64,000 nucleotides of DNA, taken from Takakia lepidozioides (taxonomy: Eukaryota; Plantae; Bryophyta). The notes below the pieces were generated by a model, which worked only from the letters and a program-made list of their open reading frames with translations, searched no databases and was not told where the DNA came from. Each line of letters begins with the position of its first letter. Position 1 is the first letter of the stretch. Shown one piece after another: positions 15,001 to 29,700 of this stretch. Made by a program: the position numbers and the translations under genes. The DNA lies in contig CM060732.1 in assembly GCA_030704615.1 (NCBI GenBank), positions 65,348,001 to 65,412,000 on the forward strand, written 5' to 3'.

Positions 15001-15550
15001 TATTTTGGTGGAGGAGTACAGGATCACGACTAATATCAGCTGGTGTAATGGCAATGCAAGCCTTCAGCTCCCTATGCCTTTAAGTTAGATTGTTGTCACT
15101 AAGTACAAGGTTTAGGTAGCCCAAGGTTCATTCTGTGTGGGTTAGAACTCTACTGGTGTTCCATGGGACCATACCCTCAAGAAAACAAAGTACGTACATG
15201 GGAATCTTGTCCACAGGTGTGAAGCCGTTCAAGACAAAGGTACTGACATGTGTTGGGCAATCATGTCAATACGTTTGTGACAAGGAAGCTATTGTCTGCT
15301 ATCTTCTGCCCTGTCATTAAAGGGTTATGTGGCTCTAAGATCTTCCTCTTCCCATCAGATTTTCAGTTTGTTGGTTGTTTCTGAAGTGTTTTATGTGGTT
15401 AATCAAGCATGATGATGTTGGGTGTGCCGAATTAACGTTTACAGATGTTCCTGTGGTGGGCTTTTGCAGGGTAGTTTACCTGAAGCAGCCAACGAGTTGA
15501 TCCCTACTATCACACAGTTCTTAATTGATGAAGAGAAACCACGGACATAA
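28..15550 (+). CDS. DExH-box ATP-dependent RNA helicase, DExH4/DExH7-like (DHX29/DHX57 group); multi-exon, 5' end lies upstream of the window
   Basis: Spliced exons give: [11 protein letters not shown] (~2130); a dsRBD-like [15 protein letters not shown] (~3370); Walker [12 protein letters not shown] (~5480-5515); TQPRRIAA (~6200); DEVHER (~7213); MSAT (across the 7585/7769 junction); LPLHS (~9470); [13 protein letters not shown] (~9860); [12 protein letters not shown] (~10285); HA2 LPVDVRIGK (~11220); OB-fold IHPSSVN (~12995). The last exon 15470-15550 ([26 protein letters not shown]) ends at TAA 15548-15550. Flanking splice sites are GT/AG. Confidence 0.93.
1708..1910. repeat. Intronic dispersed repeat (MITE-like), copy 1
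   Basis: Shares ordered blocks with 14714-14909: cacacacagcag(g/a)ttgatgcttgtgt, tttctagagga, caattgttta, ccaaggtaagtc, actactgg, caaaggtag. Confidence 0.6.
14714..14909. repeat. Intronic dispersed repeat (MITE-like), copy 2, with imperfect terminal inverted repeats
   Basis: Left end tagtccccacatatgggcactaa and right end ttagtgcccacatatgacta are imperfect inverted repeats. The interior is homologous to 1708-1910. Confidence 0.6.
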
Positions 15551-16557
15551 TGCACTATACTTTTGCCTCTGTGCCAATACAGTGGTTAATATGTTGATTG
15601 TTGGACATGATACTGATTCTGGTTTGTTGGATCAGCCCTGCTGCCCATGTACTCACTGTCATGGCTTCAGAAGGTGAAGTCTGTCAAGTTTTCGGGCTGT
15701 GGAAGATTAAGTTTCTGTGCAACAGCCCATCTCTTCAACCTTTCTGCTTGCCAAAATGTGTGGAAGAGACTTTTGGCCCAACAATTTTGGCAATGAGAAG
15801 ACCACACTTAGATGCAGAGTGAGTCTGATGACTTGATCTGCATCATTAGATCAGTGAAAAGTGAAGAAAATAGCGAAGCTTTCATCGTGTGTTTCATGTG
15901 TGCAATACTGGGATAAGTATATTGGGGCTAACTCACAGCAGTGCACAGGCCTTGAGTTAGAAGCCACTAAGAAGGGGATGGTGACGAAGTGGGTGACGGT
16001 GACGATGATGGCAGCCATCCAAAGTGATACGAAGACCATATAATCATTCCGTGAAATACTCCTTTTTTTCAGTGGCCCTTATGTGATACAGGCCTTTCTC
16101 GGCCCAGGGCTTACTGCGCACAGGTCCCACCACAACAGGAAAAGGAAAAAGGAAAACTTGTGGCCCAACGAAATCCTCCAGAAGACGCCCTCCCTTCGTA
16201 AGCACAAAAGCATCACGTGTATAACACCTATATTTCATCTATATCCATTCAGCATATTGCACAGTAAGGCCAATCTTTTCCATGCTCGCCGCCCCTGTCT
16301 GGCAGGTTCAATCCATGAGCTTAGAATTAGTAACTAACCCAAACCCAAGTAGGTCTAAACGTCTAAACAGCTTGTTAAGTCTTTGATGATCCAGTAGTTT
16401 CTATAACAGAGCTAAAGTGGGTTCTATGTAAGGGGAGAGGCACTCTAAACTAAGTCCATTGCTGATTAGGTGGAGTGCTAATGTGATTGCAGAGACCTAA
16501 TCGTCCCTGATTAGCAGCAATGACCATATAGAGTTGCTAAATAAGGCTTAAGAGAGG

Positions 16558-16740
16558 CACGTGGCAGCACTGTGCGCTAAACCGCCCTTGATCGTCTTTT
16601 CACAGATTCCTTTGGGAGCAAGTTGCCCTTTTTGAGAGGGATCCTCTGCATTTCCTTTTGCCAGAGAGAAGGGGCCAAGTCTGTCTGGGGTCTGAGAGCT
16701 GCGAAATCTGGACCAAGGGCCCTAAATCACAATAGGGTTT
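16558..16740 (+). promoter_or_regulatory. Candidate promoter/5'UTR elements of the Ub-RUB gene (G-box, telo-box)
   Basis: CACGTG at 16558-16563 and TAGGGTTT at 16733-16740, just upstream of ATG 16821. These are short motifs and their function is not shown. Confidence 0.35.
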
Positions 16741-16820
16741 ATCGATTGCTTGGCTGCCGAGGCACTATAGCTGCCCTCCGTGAAGAAAATCGGACCTGGG
16801 TTGCTTAGTCTTGGGGCGAG

Positions 16821-17951
<1,131 letters not shown>

Positions 17952-18558
17952 CTAGCATGGTGCCCTGTGTGGACCTCTTCTTATAATAATAGTGCTAAAG
18001 ATATGGAATGGATAATGTGGCCCATGGTCTGGTCGAGGAGCTTTGCTTGCAACAGCCTGACATAATGTGTCATCGAACCCTAACTTAGAATACCTGACCC
18101 TGCATGGTGATCAACTTCTGTATTAGCAATTTTTGGACATGTTACACTTGATTTCCAGTACCCAGATTGGTGTTATTTAAATGGGTGAGAGCCTGGATGA
18201 GCTCCTTAGTTCTGGCCAAGTTGATCCTCTTCATGGCCCGGTTCTGCTCACCAGGCAAAGCATACTTATTTTGATGGTTTATCTGACCTTTATTATTTTA
18301 TCCATGGTGGCAGAGAAAGAGACGTAGTGTGAAAGCTTTCCAATACAAGAACAGCAGAGTCTATGAACTGCCATGGCCGATTCCTCCTGCTTGATAACCA
18401 TCAGCAGAGTTCTTCGAGAATTCAATTGTGCATGCAGCCCCTTTGCAACCTTTGGGCCTATACAGTCTATTTTCTCCCAACCTGTTGCAGGTCAGCATCA
18501 TCTTATCTGGAGGCTAGTGGCATTTCTCTCTTGTTGATGGTCTGTTGCAGGTGATCAC

Positions 18559-21500
18559 TCACATGTTGGTAGAGGTCGAATTGTAACCTGAAATTCCTTT
18601 AAATGACATCACAATTGGAAAGGGAGGAAGATACATAGGATTTGTTTTTCTTGGCTTACTTCTGGCTGTGAACCTTAAATCATAACCAAAGTCTTCTTTC
18701 GTATCAAAAGTCCTCTTATTTCGCACACCTCCTGGCCCAACAATCCTGTGTGGGTATGGCATGGGGCCAACAGCCTTCTTGCGCCGTGCACCGATGTTGA
18801 CACTAGTTCTATGGTGTTCTCTGGTGATCTGAATAAGGATTGCAGAGATGCGCGCACCCGTGTTGGCTCTAGTTGTTTTTCGGTGATCTGTATAAGGATT
18901 GTTGGGTGTCACATTGAGCTAGTTGTCATGTGGGCACCTCCTAGATACTCGAGGGAATGAGATGCTTGATCAGGCTTGTTCAACCTACCAACGATTTTAC
19001 TTAGGGTGGCTTGAGTGTTCTTCTTACATCTGAGTAATTGGGACGAAGTTATCTTCAAGTCTGTGTTTGTTTGATTGTACTAGTGCTGTATTTGGTTGGT
19101 TTGTTGCTTACCTTGATAGCTCTCAGATTTTACATGCTGTTTTCTCTATAATATGGTGTAACTAGTTATGCATGGCGAACTCAAGCTCAGCCCAAGTATC
19201 AAGAAGTTGGGCCTCTGGCTAGCCCATGAAAACGATAGTTACGAGTAAGGTCATATGGATATAGATATAGTTAATCAGCTACAGGTGGTCCTCAAACTGG
19301 TGAGCATCTTCAGTGCACCGTGCACACCTGGCGAGGGCTGGTTGTGTATGCTGTTCTTTCTCAGTTCCCGCGTGGAGAGCTTATACAGGAAAGAGAACAG
19401 GGACATGGTTACATGACGATAACTAGGTCCGAAGCTCGTTATGGCCGTGGGCGCGGTGACAGCGTGTCCCGTATCGACAGTATCCCGCTGCCCAGTCCTT
19501 ACAAAAGTGTGTTTTGTAGTGAGGGCAGTGGCCGTGGTCGTACCCCATATCCTGCCTGCCATCCCATCCCATCCCAACATACACGGTGTTGATGCAAAGC
19601 TATGTCTGGAGTGTGTGTTGGTCAGCCGGGTACAGCTGCTATCTGCATTTTGCTTGGATATGTGTGTGAGGGTATCATCCCTTTGGGTCATGGAAGTTCG
19701 TACACAACCCTCTGCAGTAGCAGCCCTTCTTCCATCTCTAACCTCACAAACAGTATAGTAATGCACCAAACGAGTTCGAAAGACATTAGATGCGGTGACA
19801 TGTAGTGGAGCCCACACTAGGTTCTAATCCCAGATGAATGAATGTTGTGAAAATGTTTCATATACTTGGTGAATTTTAGTGTGATGAATCTTTACCTGGG
19901 ACACTCTGAATGGTCAAGGGCTCGGTTGGCCAGAGCTTGGGCCTCTGCATTATACTTTTGCGGGATGAATATCACGCCGCACGTTCTGAAATTGTTGAGG
20001 AGTTGGCACACATTGTTTTTGAGCTCTCTGTCACTTGAATGACATTGCCATTTGCCGATTACCTGCTCACAATCCAAGCCTAGTTCTGTCTCAGAAGCTA
20101 GCAGTGTACACCAGAGTTGATAGGTACTTCCCTGACATTCCGATACTTTTTTTTCCAAGATGCTCCTATGGGGCACTGAGCTGACCGTGCGCACCTTGGA
20201 ATCAAAGTTATCGCCCATAAATCAATTTGCAGTGGAGGTATCGAAAAACCTGCAGCTTGTTGTCATATGTCCTCTTACTGAATATTCGAAGGAATGGTTT
20301 GCATGGGAGAGGTAACAAGTCACCTGATTGAAGACGTGCAGGGAGTCACCCATGATGGTGAGATGTCTCACTCCTCGCCGCAGCGCCGAGTCCAGGCCCA
20401 GGATAAGCGCGGTGTATTCCGCCACATGGACAGAGCAATGCTTACCCAAGTACTGGCTGATGGTCGCTATTTCCAGCTCCTTTCAATGATCAGCATTGTT
20501 GAAACATATCAGCATTGTCCTTTGAACCAAGCAGGTCAAGCTGTAAGATACCTTCGAATTTGACATTGTTGAAGAGCTAGCACGTGAGCAAGCCTTGTAG
20601 CGAAATCTCCATCAGATATTGTACATTACTTTTGAATCTAATCTGAACAGGATCACCAATGTCGTCAAGAAGCGCATCCAACTCATTCAAGTCTATAGCA
20701 TACTAGATGTGAAAACCATGCAAGCTTTTACCTTCAAAGGACTGACAAGCACTGCGCCTATCCCTGCAATGCCCTCAGTTTGCCCTGGGATCGACCTCGC
20801 CACTCCATTGAAGTATAACCAATATGGGAACTTAGCAGAGCCTGTGAGCACCCCAGCCCCGGAGCGGTGAAAAGAGTGATCAACTTAAGCACTTGGGATC
20901 AGGTGCTTACTTTTCAAATGTGACACGTTATTACAACGCGCGATTACAGAATATTGAACTCTCTGGACACCTCAAGGTTCCTATGCAGGACAGCTCTGTG
21001 CACTATTGCATCGTTTAACCATGAGAGAACGAGGAGTGAACATCTATGCACTGGAGTGTTTACCAGCTTCAATATGGAGCAAAAGACATGGACACTTAAC
21101 CATCCCTCGGAGGGGTGCTGCGATTCGGAATAATGGTGGCTGTGGCCCCCTACTCTGCCTAGATCAAGTGATGACACTTACCTGTCCAGGGAGTAGGATC
21201 TCCCACGTATCTCTCCCTGAAAAGATGACGAAATTCTTTCCATCGACCTTTTTCTAACTCCAGGTCTCGAGTCCACACGTAGGCTTCATCAAACATTCCC
21301 GTGAGTACCAGCTGCAGCTTCTGCCTGCAGTTGAGATGTTCTTGCAGAGCCCATTGTTCATATTTAAGAATCCATCGGTTGGCTTGTTGCTCTTTCTCGG
21401 CACCATAGAAGGGGTGGATCTCTATATCTCGCCTTCCAGCTTGAGGGTAATCATGCCCATAAGTACCCCTGATGTTATATCTTATTGCAGGACATAAGGC

Positions 21501-23534
21501 ATACCGTTTTGGTAGCCTATCCGCCTTTGTGCCCAAGCCCATGCCCCTTGCCCTTGCCCTTGCTCAAACCTCAAATGGGGGTTCACCAACCTGTAGTGAA
21601 GTTGTGCTCACTTTGATATCTAAATCACCCAAGAGAAAATTTTATACTTGAGACATTGCTGAGGTGGTTTGGTTGCGCAGTGCAACCTTCACTGTGAAGT
21701 GAACAGACAAGTTTCAAATACTAACTCAATCCATAACATCCAGCGGCATTAATTGGTTCAGGAAAATGCTGGGTATGTGACCTGGTAAAGTGGGGTATCC
21801 ACATCCCTTTTCTTCAAACTTTGGCAGCAAATTCTCTCCATCTCCAAGTTACATATTTCATCCTTTTGGGAATTCATCTACTCTTCAATTAGAGTCTTTC
21901 ACATATATGAATCACATGGCGCTGGTCAATGCAGAATGATCAATACTTGAAACCTCCATCTCAATGGATAATGCAAGGTCTTGAAAGGGAATGGGGTGTA
22001 CATAGTCTAACAAATTAGAGGATGGGCTGCATCCGCTTGTTTCTTCTCTTGAATCATCACTAGTCTTCTTCTTATCTTGCAACCCCTCGTCTGTCACTGC
22101 AAAGTATGGTCTACCAGGTGGTCTTTGTCGAGGCCCTGTACAGAGAAACGTTTGTTAATTAGGCACAACTAGTTTGATGTTCCAGATGGAGTTCTGTATT
22201 TTGCATGAAGTCCCGAAAAGAATGTGCAGGTGTATGCCTCTCCCAATGCCCTTGATACAACAAATTCTCAGGGAGAAATTTCTAGTACTTCCATTTACTC
22301 AGGATTTCAGAAGGCTAAAAGAAGTTGCTCGCAAAGTTGGCAATAGGTTCCAAAGAATGGCCTACACATGCACATAAGCCACGAAGGAGGAGATCCTGCA
22401 CGCTTTCAGTAGCTGTATGGGAGGATGTGGGCCCGGAGCGGGGACTAGACTCCCACCCTTGGAAGGACAAGTTTCCTGAACTTACCTTTGTTATGATAAG
22501 TTTCTCGATCTCATCCCTCCCATCGAGGACTAGCTTATCTACTCCAAGGCTACGTCTATGGATTTATTTTGAAGACAGGACCAGGAATGCTGTAAAATTT
22601 ACAGTTCATCTTGAGATCACTAAGGTTTCCCACAACTCTCCCTGCCCTACTCCCGATGAGAGTCAACCATTGCGCCTTAAATGTGGGACCTTCAGGGCCG
22701 TGATCCAATCTGATAGAAGATGAAAGTCAGTTTCCGGTATGGGTTGCAGCAGGATCGCCTGCTCGACCCAATTGAACATGTTATCTCACTGAAAAGTACA
22801 GCATCAAGGCCTGCCTTAAAAGGAGGACAAAGAAAGGCAGATGTGCTCTGAATTCAAATTCATTACTACCGATACTGCGCAGAATCTTCCAACTACCTGC
22901 AGGATGAAGCTGAGCCAGAGAAGAAATTCGATGGTCCTCTACCTTCAGAAGCCAGTTACGATCTTGAAATAAAGCCAAAGCTTTTTACAAAGCGAAATCA
23001 TCCGAAGTTGTGCTTATCTCTACCATCATACCAAATGCTTCCCACTCAAGATGCTATGAGATTCATATTGTTTGCATTTGAGCATTCCAAGCCTTAATAC
23101 CTCCAATGCTCGGCAACCATCCACCACTCAGACATGAGTGCCTCTACCTCCACAAGACCTTCGCAAGCGAGTTTAAAATGTCTACTAGTGGGTTTCGAAC
23201 TTCGAAGGCTGAAGGATGATCTCCTCTTGGTTAACGGACAAAACTACCGGCAGACCTGGACAGTTATTTACCTGTCAGGAAGAAGCAAACATTTGTCGTC
23301 AAATTCGACGATTTTCATATGACCATCGCACCACGATACACTCATCTCGACGACGATGAGCGAAAAAATGGATGTTGCTATTCCCGTGGTTTCTATGTTC
23401 GAAGTGTTTTCCTCAGTTATAACTCCAACAGCCGATCGTAGCCCTTTATTGGAAACTGGCAAACCTGCCGGCGCCTTCATGGGACAGTTGAAAGGAACAC
23501 CTACTCTTAAAAATTCTGAAAGACTCGAACCCAT
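18559..23534 (-). pseudogene. Spliced gene or pseudogene with a retrotransposon Gag(capsid)-like domain and an archaeal-type RNase HI-like domain
   Basis: Gag-like PFYGAEKEQQANRWILKYEQWA...EAYVW...WKEFRHLFRERY (21180-21430). RNase H exons: YWLYFNGVARSIPG..AGIGAVLVSP (~20735-20825), VAEYTALILGLDSALRRGVRHLTIMGDSLHVFNQ (~20323-20470), VIGKWQ...IPQKYNAEAQALANRAL (~19895-20063). Exons are bounded by GT/AG. Several in-frame stops occur in upstream exons (21560-23000). The outer exons and gene ends are uncertain. Confidence 0.65.
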
Positions 23535-24221
23535 TCTCGTGAAAGATGGCAGGGACTCTTGGACTAGCTAACTAGGAGTACATACAGAGTGTGGATTCCA
23601 CAGAGCAACATATTTCAAAGGTAGAAGTCCATATGCTCTATTTCATAGAACCTCTCCAACTGACTTTCATGGCGTCGCCATGAAAATGTGGTGCTGAAAA
23701 TGGTCAAGAATATGTGCAACAAAGGTAGAGAATCCAGCTCCCAATTGCCCCACTTAAGAGTTGGAGTGAGCATTGACCTGCTCAAGCTACACCTCCTGTT
23801 AAGAGGTCCACAGTGCTTGAACTTACAATGTTTCTGTACTAGTAGAAACTAGAAGCCTCCTATCTAACCCATTTTGGCAAACCCAGCCTACGCCCAAAGA
23901 CCCAAGTTGGGTCTGATTATGGTGGTGATGCTGATTATATTACACTCCTCTGGAGTCTTCACACCGACATCCTGTAAGTCCAGCTCCAATATAGGTGAAG
24001 CTCCAATTGAGTAAAATGTTCCAAGGGAAAAACACAGCATCCATTAGGGACCAAAAATGCTTCTAGAGGCAAGGTTGGCAATAGAATAGTTCAGACAATC
24101 ATGAGATTCTACCGGCAAATTTCACATGGGGATTCTACACATATCCAGCTGACAGAGATACGCACATAGAGCAGACAAAGACTTCATCCTTCTTTCTCAG
24201 ATCCGACTACTGGAAATTGGG

Positions 24222-26796
24222 CTATGTTGATGAGGTGCTTATGGACTTAACATGACTCTTCCCATCCAGACCTCGTTGGAGAAAGGACATGAAATAGTCA
24301 GCATATGTGGTAGCCTTATAGATAGCAGGTTGAGTGTCATCTGTAAGCTCAGGTGCAGGTCCAATCAGAGACTCTCTGGAGGGGCTGTAGAAGGCTGCCA
24401 ATGACAGACGCTCATTGCTGCGGCTTATCATGCCCCTGTGCTCCACACTCTTGTACCTACCATTTGTCAATATCTGCACCAATGCAGAAGAACAAAAAGT
24501 ATGTTATGCTGGTTGATTGGAATGTCACATTCACAGCACTAGCCTTTGGTTGTTCCTGATTGTCCTGAACTCTTAATTTGTTCCACACAGTTTTAGTAAA
24601 ATGTGAATTCTCCACACATCCAAGAGCAGCTGACCTTGTCATTGTTGGGCACTGGAAGCAATCCCCAAAGTCATGCAACCTCACACTTTGCTAAATCTGG
24701 TGTCTACTCTTTGGCGTACAGTTGCTACAATAAATCTGTGGTCCAGTCCTCCCAGAGCTCCATGCTGGCATAAATCTCCACACTAGAGTAACCAACCCCA
24801 GGTCCTGCGATGATCCCCATGTCTACTGATGCACTGCTAACCAGAGGTGACTGGCTCCAGAGGCTCTACCGTATTTCCTGTTAAGACTCTCTTGAGTGTG
24901 GGTTGAATACCTATCTACACATTACATGCTCCTGCATTTCTTGAAGAATGTCATCACTCCAATACATTCTAGAGCTTCAGCACTGGAGTTGGACCCCCCT
25001 CCCCAACAAATGTCAATCAAGCTAAACTCTAGTCCAAAATTTGGCTCTACACTAGATGAAAGGACAAGATTTTTACCTCAATCTGGTCACCAACATTGAT
25101 CACAAAGGCGTTGGGCACAGGCTGGACTTCCACCCAGTTGCCATCCTTGGCACGCACTTGAAGACCAGCTGTGTCACCTTGTAATAGCACTGTTATGCCA
25201 CCAGGGTCAGAGTGAGCACCCAATCCAACTGTACTGGTGTCCAGCATTGGGCATGGTGGATAGTAGTTCACCCGCATGGAATGGGTGGGCTCCCCAAACC
25301 ATTCCTCAAAGAAAGTTTCTCTCAGACCCAGGCTTATGGCACAGACAGCCAGCAGCTGTCGAGACACCTTCCTGATCTCACTGGTATACTCGTCCATCAC
25401 CTCTCTGTAAAAATCCAGTGCACATATCAGAATGTACTCATAAGACGTAGTTTGCCGTAGCCTACTAGTGCACATATCAGAGATTGCTTCAGTGGATAAT
25501 TTGATCAGCAGCAAAAGAAAAGAGGCGCCCTTCTTTTCTCCTCCTTAAAGATTGATATGACTGAAGCGGAGGGTGTGACCCAGTCTCCCAGGCAGAAATT
25601 CCTCCATTGCCTTCCCTTCCCGCCCTTTAGACCAGTTCCCTGTTGCCCCGACAGGTTTCACTCCATAGGATTTGTTATAAATTCTAAAAATCAAGTGTGA
25701 GGAGAGTTAGAACACACTCTTCTACAGGCAAGAGGCCTTCTCTCTCTCAGCAGAGAGATAGTGCCAGAATGTAGAAATAGATGTGATCAATCTTTGAGGA
25801 CACACCCACCTGTAGGCTGTGGGACGTGTAGGCCAGGGATCGGCGTTCTTCAAGGCGAGAGGCAAAAGGCGATGGTAGAAGTGATCCACATGGTAGCTTC
25901 TCTTCTGCACATGGTAGCTTCTCTTCTGCAGGTAAATCAAAGAAATATCTTGCAATCTTCTTGGTACGGTCTAACGTTGTCTCCGGGATGCCATGGTTGA
26001 TAACCTGTACAGGTTTGCTTCATTTCAGTCCTCTGGATGGACTTAAACTCTTAAGCTCTCTAGATAGCAACGCTTAAACCATGCGTTCGACAACCAGCTG
26101 CAAATTCCTTTGAGGCATTACAGGATATTCTGTTAGATCAACATGAGCTAAGCTAGGGAGCATCTTCAGGACCTACCGCACGGCAAGGTTTCCGAGAGGA
26201 GCGATGGCATCCTAAAGCTCATCGGACATTTAATTGCCTGGATTGAGATGACAAGAATCTGCATTTTCCTTTTTGTACTAAAGGTGACTTATTTCCGTCT
26301 AGAAGCTTCAAATCTTTGCAAGATGTCAGATATACTCGAGCTCCTCATAACAGCTAGTAGACCTCAACATGCATACATTTGGGGCACAACAAGTGCTAGA
26401 ACTTGTATGGAAAATGCCAACGGAAGTTCGCCGCAAAATCCTGAACCTCTTTGGGGTGATCAATCCTGGTTGGTGGCGAGTCATAATTGCGACCCCCGAG
26501 TATGTTTCAAAGGGCTAGAAAATGCCGGATCCATCCCAGCGTGGAAGCTTGAAATTCAACGGGTGTTTATGGCAAACTACGCTGACCTGGAAAAAGCCCC
26601 ACTCTTCAAATGCCTTCGAAATGTCTGCAATTGTGCTATCTCTCGCGTCCCCATCCAAGCCGCCCATATCAACAACTGGGATCCGTGCATGATATGACTT
26701 ACTCACCCTCGCTGCCACTTGTTCTGGTTTGCAAGCCGAATCTGCAGCACCATTGTTCAGGTGGGTTTCTTTCAAAGTCTCTGCCAGTGAATTCAT
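24222..26796 (-). pseudogene. 2-oxoglutarate/Fe(II)-dependent dioxygenase (DOXC; JOX/SRG1/DMR6-like), 4 exons, frameshifted in exon 2
   Basis: IPVVDM...EEWGFFQ|VINHGI; RVNYYPPCP; GLGAHSDPGGITVLLQ (HxD); NVGDQIE|ILTNGRYKSVEHR (H); RLSLAAF (RxS). Exon 2 has a 21-bp tandem duplication, lacks the usual GYG segment, and shifts frame before DHFYH...WPTRP. Confidence 0.85.
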
Positions 26797-29700
26797 AGCG
26801 CCCGTCAATCTGGGCCTTTTCACGGTTGACACTCTTCCTCTATAAAAAGTCTCACTTTAGAACTCTCAATTGAAAGAAACTGAACACCCAAATTCTCAAA
26901 GCAGCAGCTCGTCTGGACACAGCCCACCAGCTCTCAGGTTTGAGGGAGACAAAAGTAAAGCACGTGAACCCCGATGGGAAGCGGGGTGATACAATCCTGA
27001 AATAAACAAAGTCCCATCATCGGCTTAACACTACTTAATCACAAGACACGGGGGTACAAAAGTGGGGAGCGAAAGAAAACATGTGAAAGCGTCACACGCC
27101 TTGAGTCAGCCTTCTCAAGTGTGAAGGGCCAGGGCAAAGCAAGGAGGTGCATGGCATCAGAACAGCAGTGGAGATGTGGGGCAGAAATGATCTTGTGATT
27201 TGTTTGTTGAGGGGCACCGTCCTCCCCACCACCCTCTTGTGATGGAGACGGTGTACACTGACGGCACCTACTCCATTATTCTCTTAAATTTTAAAGAGGG
27301 TTTATACACTAGACAGCTTTATTTTTTATTTTTTACTATGGTAAGATGGGAGTTTAATGTGTAAGGAACACTTAGGGGGTGTTCCAGTAGCCCTAATCCG
27401 AACCATCAAATTTCATGGGGCTCATGTACGCGGAAGAATTACCACTCGGTATCGTGGGGTGGAGAGATCTGTTTGAGGAGATTCGATGTGGGCTTGCGCA
27501 ATCCTTTAAATCCACTCTACACCTAAAAGTGGGGCTGGCAACGTATACGCACATAGCTACCCATTGGTTCTATTTCTGGGGATGAGAATAGGGGAATGTC
27601 AAAAATCATTCCCTCTTTAAAAATCTAACTTAGTTTGGATGGAAAGAAATAATTTTCTATAAGGCTGCGGGCCCGTTGTAGGAAAAGAAAGCTGTACGCC
27701 GTCAGTTAGGGCGCATGTCAGGTGAGGGGCGCAGCGTCCACCTCTTATGTAGACTTTAATTCTTTTAACAGCCCCTTGATAGGGAATATCCTATTTCGTC
27801 CAATAGCCCCTCCTTAATCCTGGGGCGATTCATGGGGGGCCGGGGCGTTGGCAGCTGCCCATGGAACCCGGCTCTAACCGCACCTAAGCTTAAGTAACAT
27901 CACTAAACTTGTTTTCTCGCAATAGCGATAATAGCGAATTCGAGCGGGAAACAATGAAAAGGGATGGATTTGAAAACTTTCTTATGTCCAGTCACCGGCC
28001 CGCTAGCAAGTGTGGCCAAGCATTAGATGGGGCCTAGAGTTGAATGCGAGGGAGCCGGTTCAGCCAGCGTGGACCCCCCGCCTCGTCGCCCGCACACGGC
28101 AACGCCTCCCCCGCGCCTCATGCCCGCTGCGGGGACATGAGACGTGTCCTCACCCGCATCCCATCCCGCCTCCCATCCTGGGCATGCCATCGTCGTCCAT
28201 CCCCCATGCATGCCTTCACACTCCCCATGTATGACATTGCATCCATATGACCCCATGCATAGGTGGAGAATACACGTACCAGCTTTCGCTTTCATTTCTA
28301 TTGTTGGCATACCGCGTCCCGTCATGCGTCAATTGGGTGGACAACATTGGGCAATCGTTACGATGCAAGATGTATTCGCCGTGTTCGAAGGTTGCAACGC
28401 TTGCCGCAACAAACGTATCTTGCGTGCAGGTCCTTGTTATCGCTCCAGAACGATCAAAAGTATCATTGCGCTTCTTTGGATTTTCATTGTTCTCTTCGTC
28501 TAGTTTATAACTTTCGGCTGCGGTGAGTGACTTCTGCAATGAACATCCGAAACCCTCACATTTCTGCCATGTTCATTTCCTTGTTGGTTTTTTCCCCAGA
28601 TGCATGCATAGATTCACCCGCTAGATAGTAAATGAACATGGTTTTATTCGGTCGACAACTAGGGGATACTAAAAACGACGGAAGGGGCATGGAGGGAAAC
28701 TACTGCGCCTATGAACAACAACTCTCTGCCCTAAATGCCCCATTACCCATACTCAGTAATCGTTTTATCAGTACACTAGTTAGCAAAGTGGACAAGTGGG
28801 CCTGTTTGCTAGTCCTCAAACCACTTCATGCAAGTATTCACATGGAGGTGAGGTGAACACATTGTTTCATATGGAGCTGAGGTGAGGAGTTCGTTCCTTT
28901 GCTGATTCTTTGCTAATCCTGGGGAGCCTGGTAAGGCATAAACCTGCCTATTTTGCAATTTGTGATGTTGTATTCCGAAAGAATTCAAGGTGAGGGCATC
29001 ACTTTCCATAATTCACTGTCTCCCTCTACGGACGCGCACATACCAACTATCGCATTCTTTCCTTATTTCTGCACTTTGTTGTGTTTTCACTCTCCATCTC
29101 CATATATGGCTGTCATAATGAAATTGCCAGTCCATTCGTGGTGTTGGGTTTAGGGTTTACTATTAATGACATGATATCATTGTCTAAGGTATATTGGCTG
29201 GGTTCATGGGCCATGGATGCAATTGGCCTTTGCATGATTTATACCTTGCTTAGGATTTCCAATGGGTATTGGTTGTGTAGGTTTGCACGGTGCTGCAAGT
29301 GTTGGCAGACGCAACAATCATGATGAAGGAGAGCAAAATGATAGAGAACCGAAGGGAATACCGTGAGACATATGAAACTGATGAATACGAGGACCTCATA
29401 TGCGAGGCCTACTCCAAGGCGAGGGTGCATGAACCTGGTGCGTCTAATAGACGACAATACAGATGCATATATTGTCATCTGCTTTTTGGGGATAAAAAAA
29501 AACTGAACTTGCACAGGATAGATGGTTGTATGAAGCATGGGCAAGATGAGGGTGCCCTTAAAATGTATCCTGTTTTTGAACACTGCCAGAGGGGTATCTT
29601 GGAGGATGCGGTTCAACATGCAAATCATGCTGCAGGGGTTTGTCATGGATACCACTGTACCCCTTCATTATTTTTGCATTGACTCTTCCCAGCATTTCTT

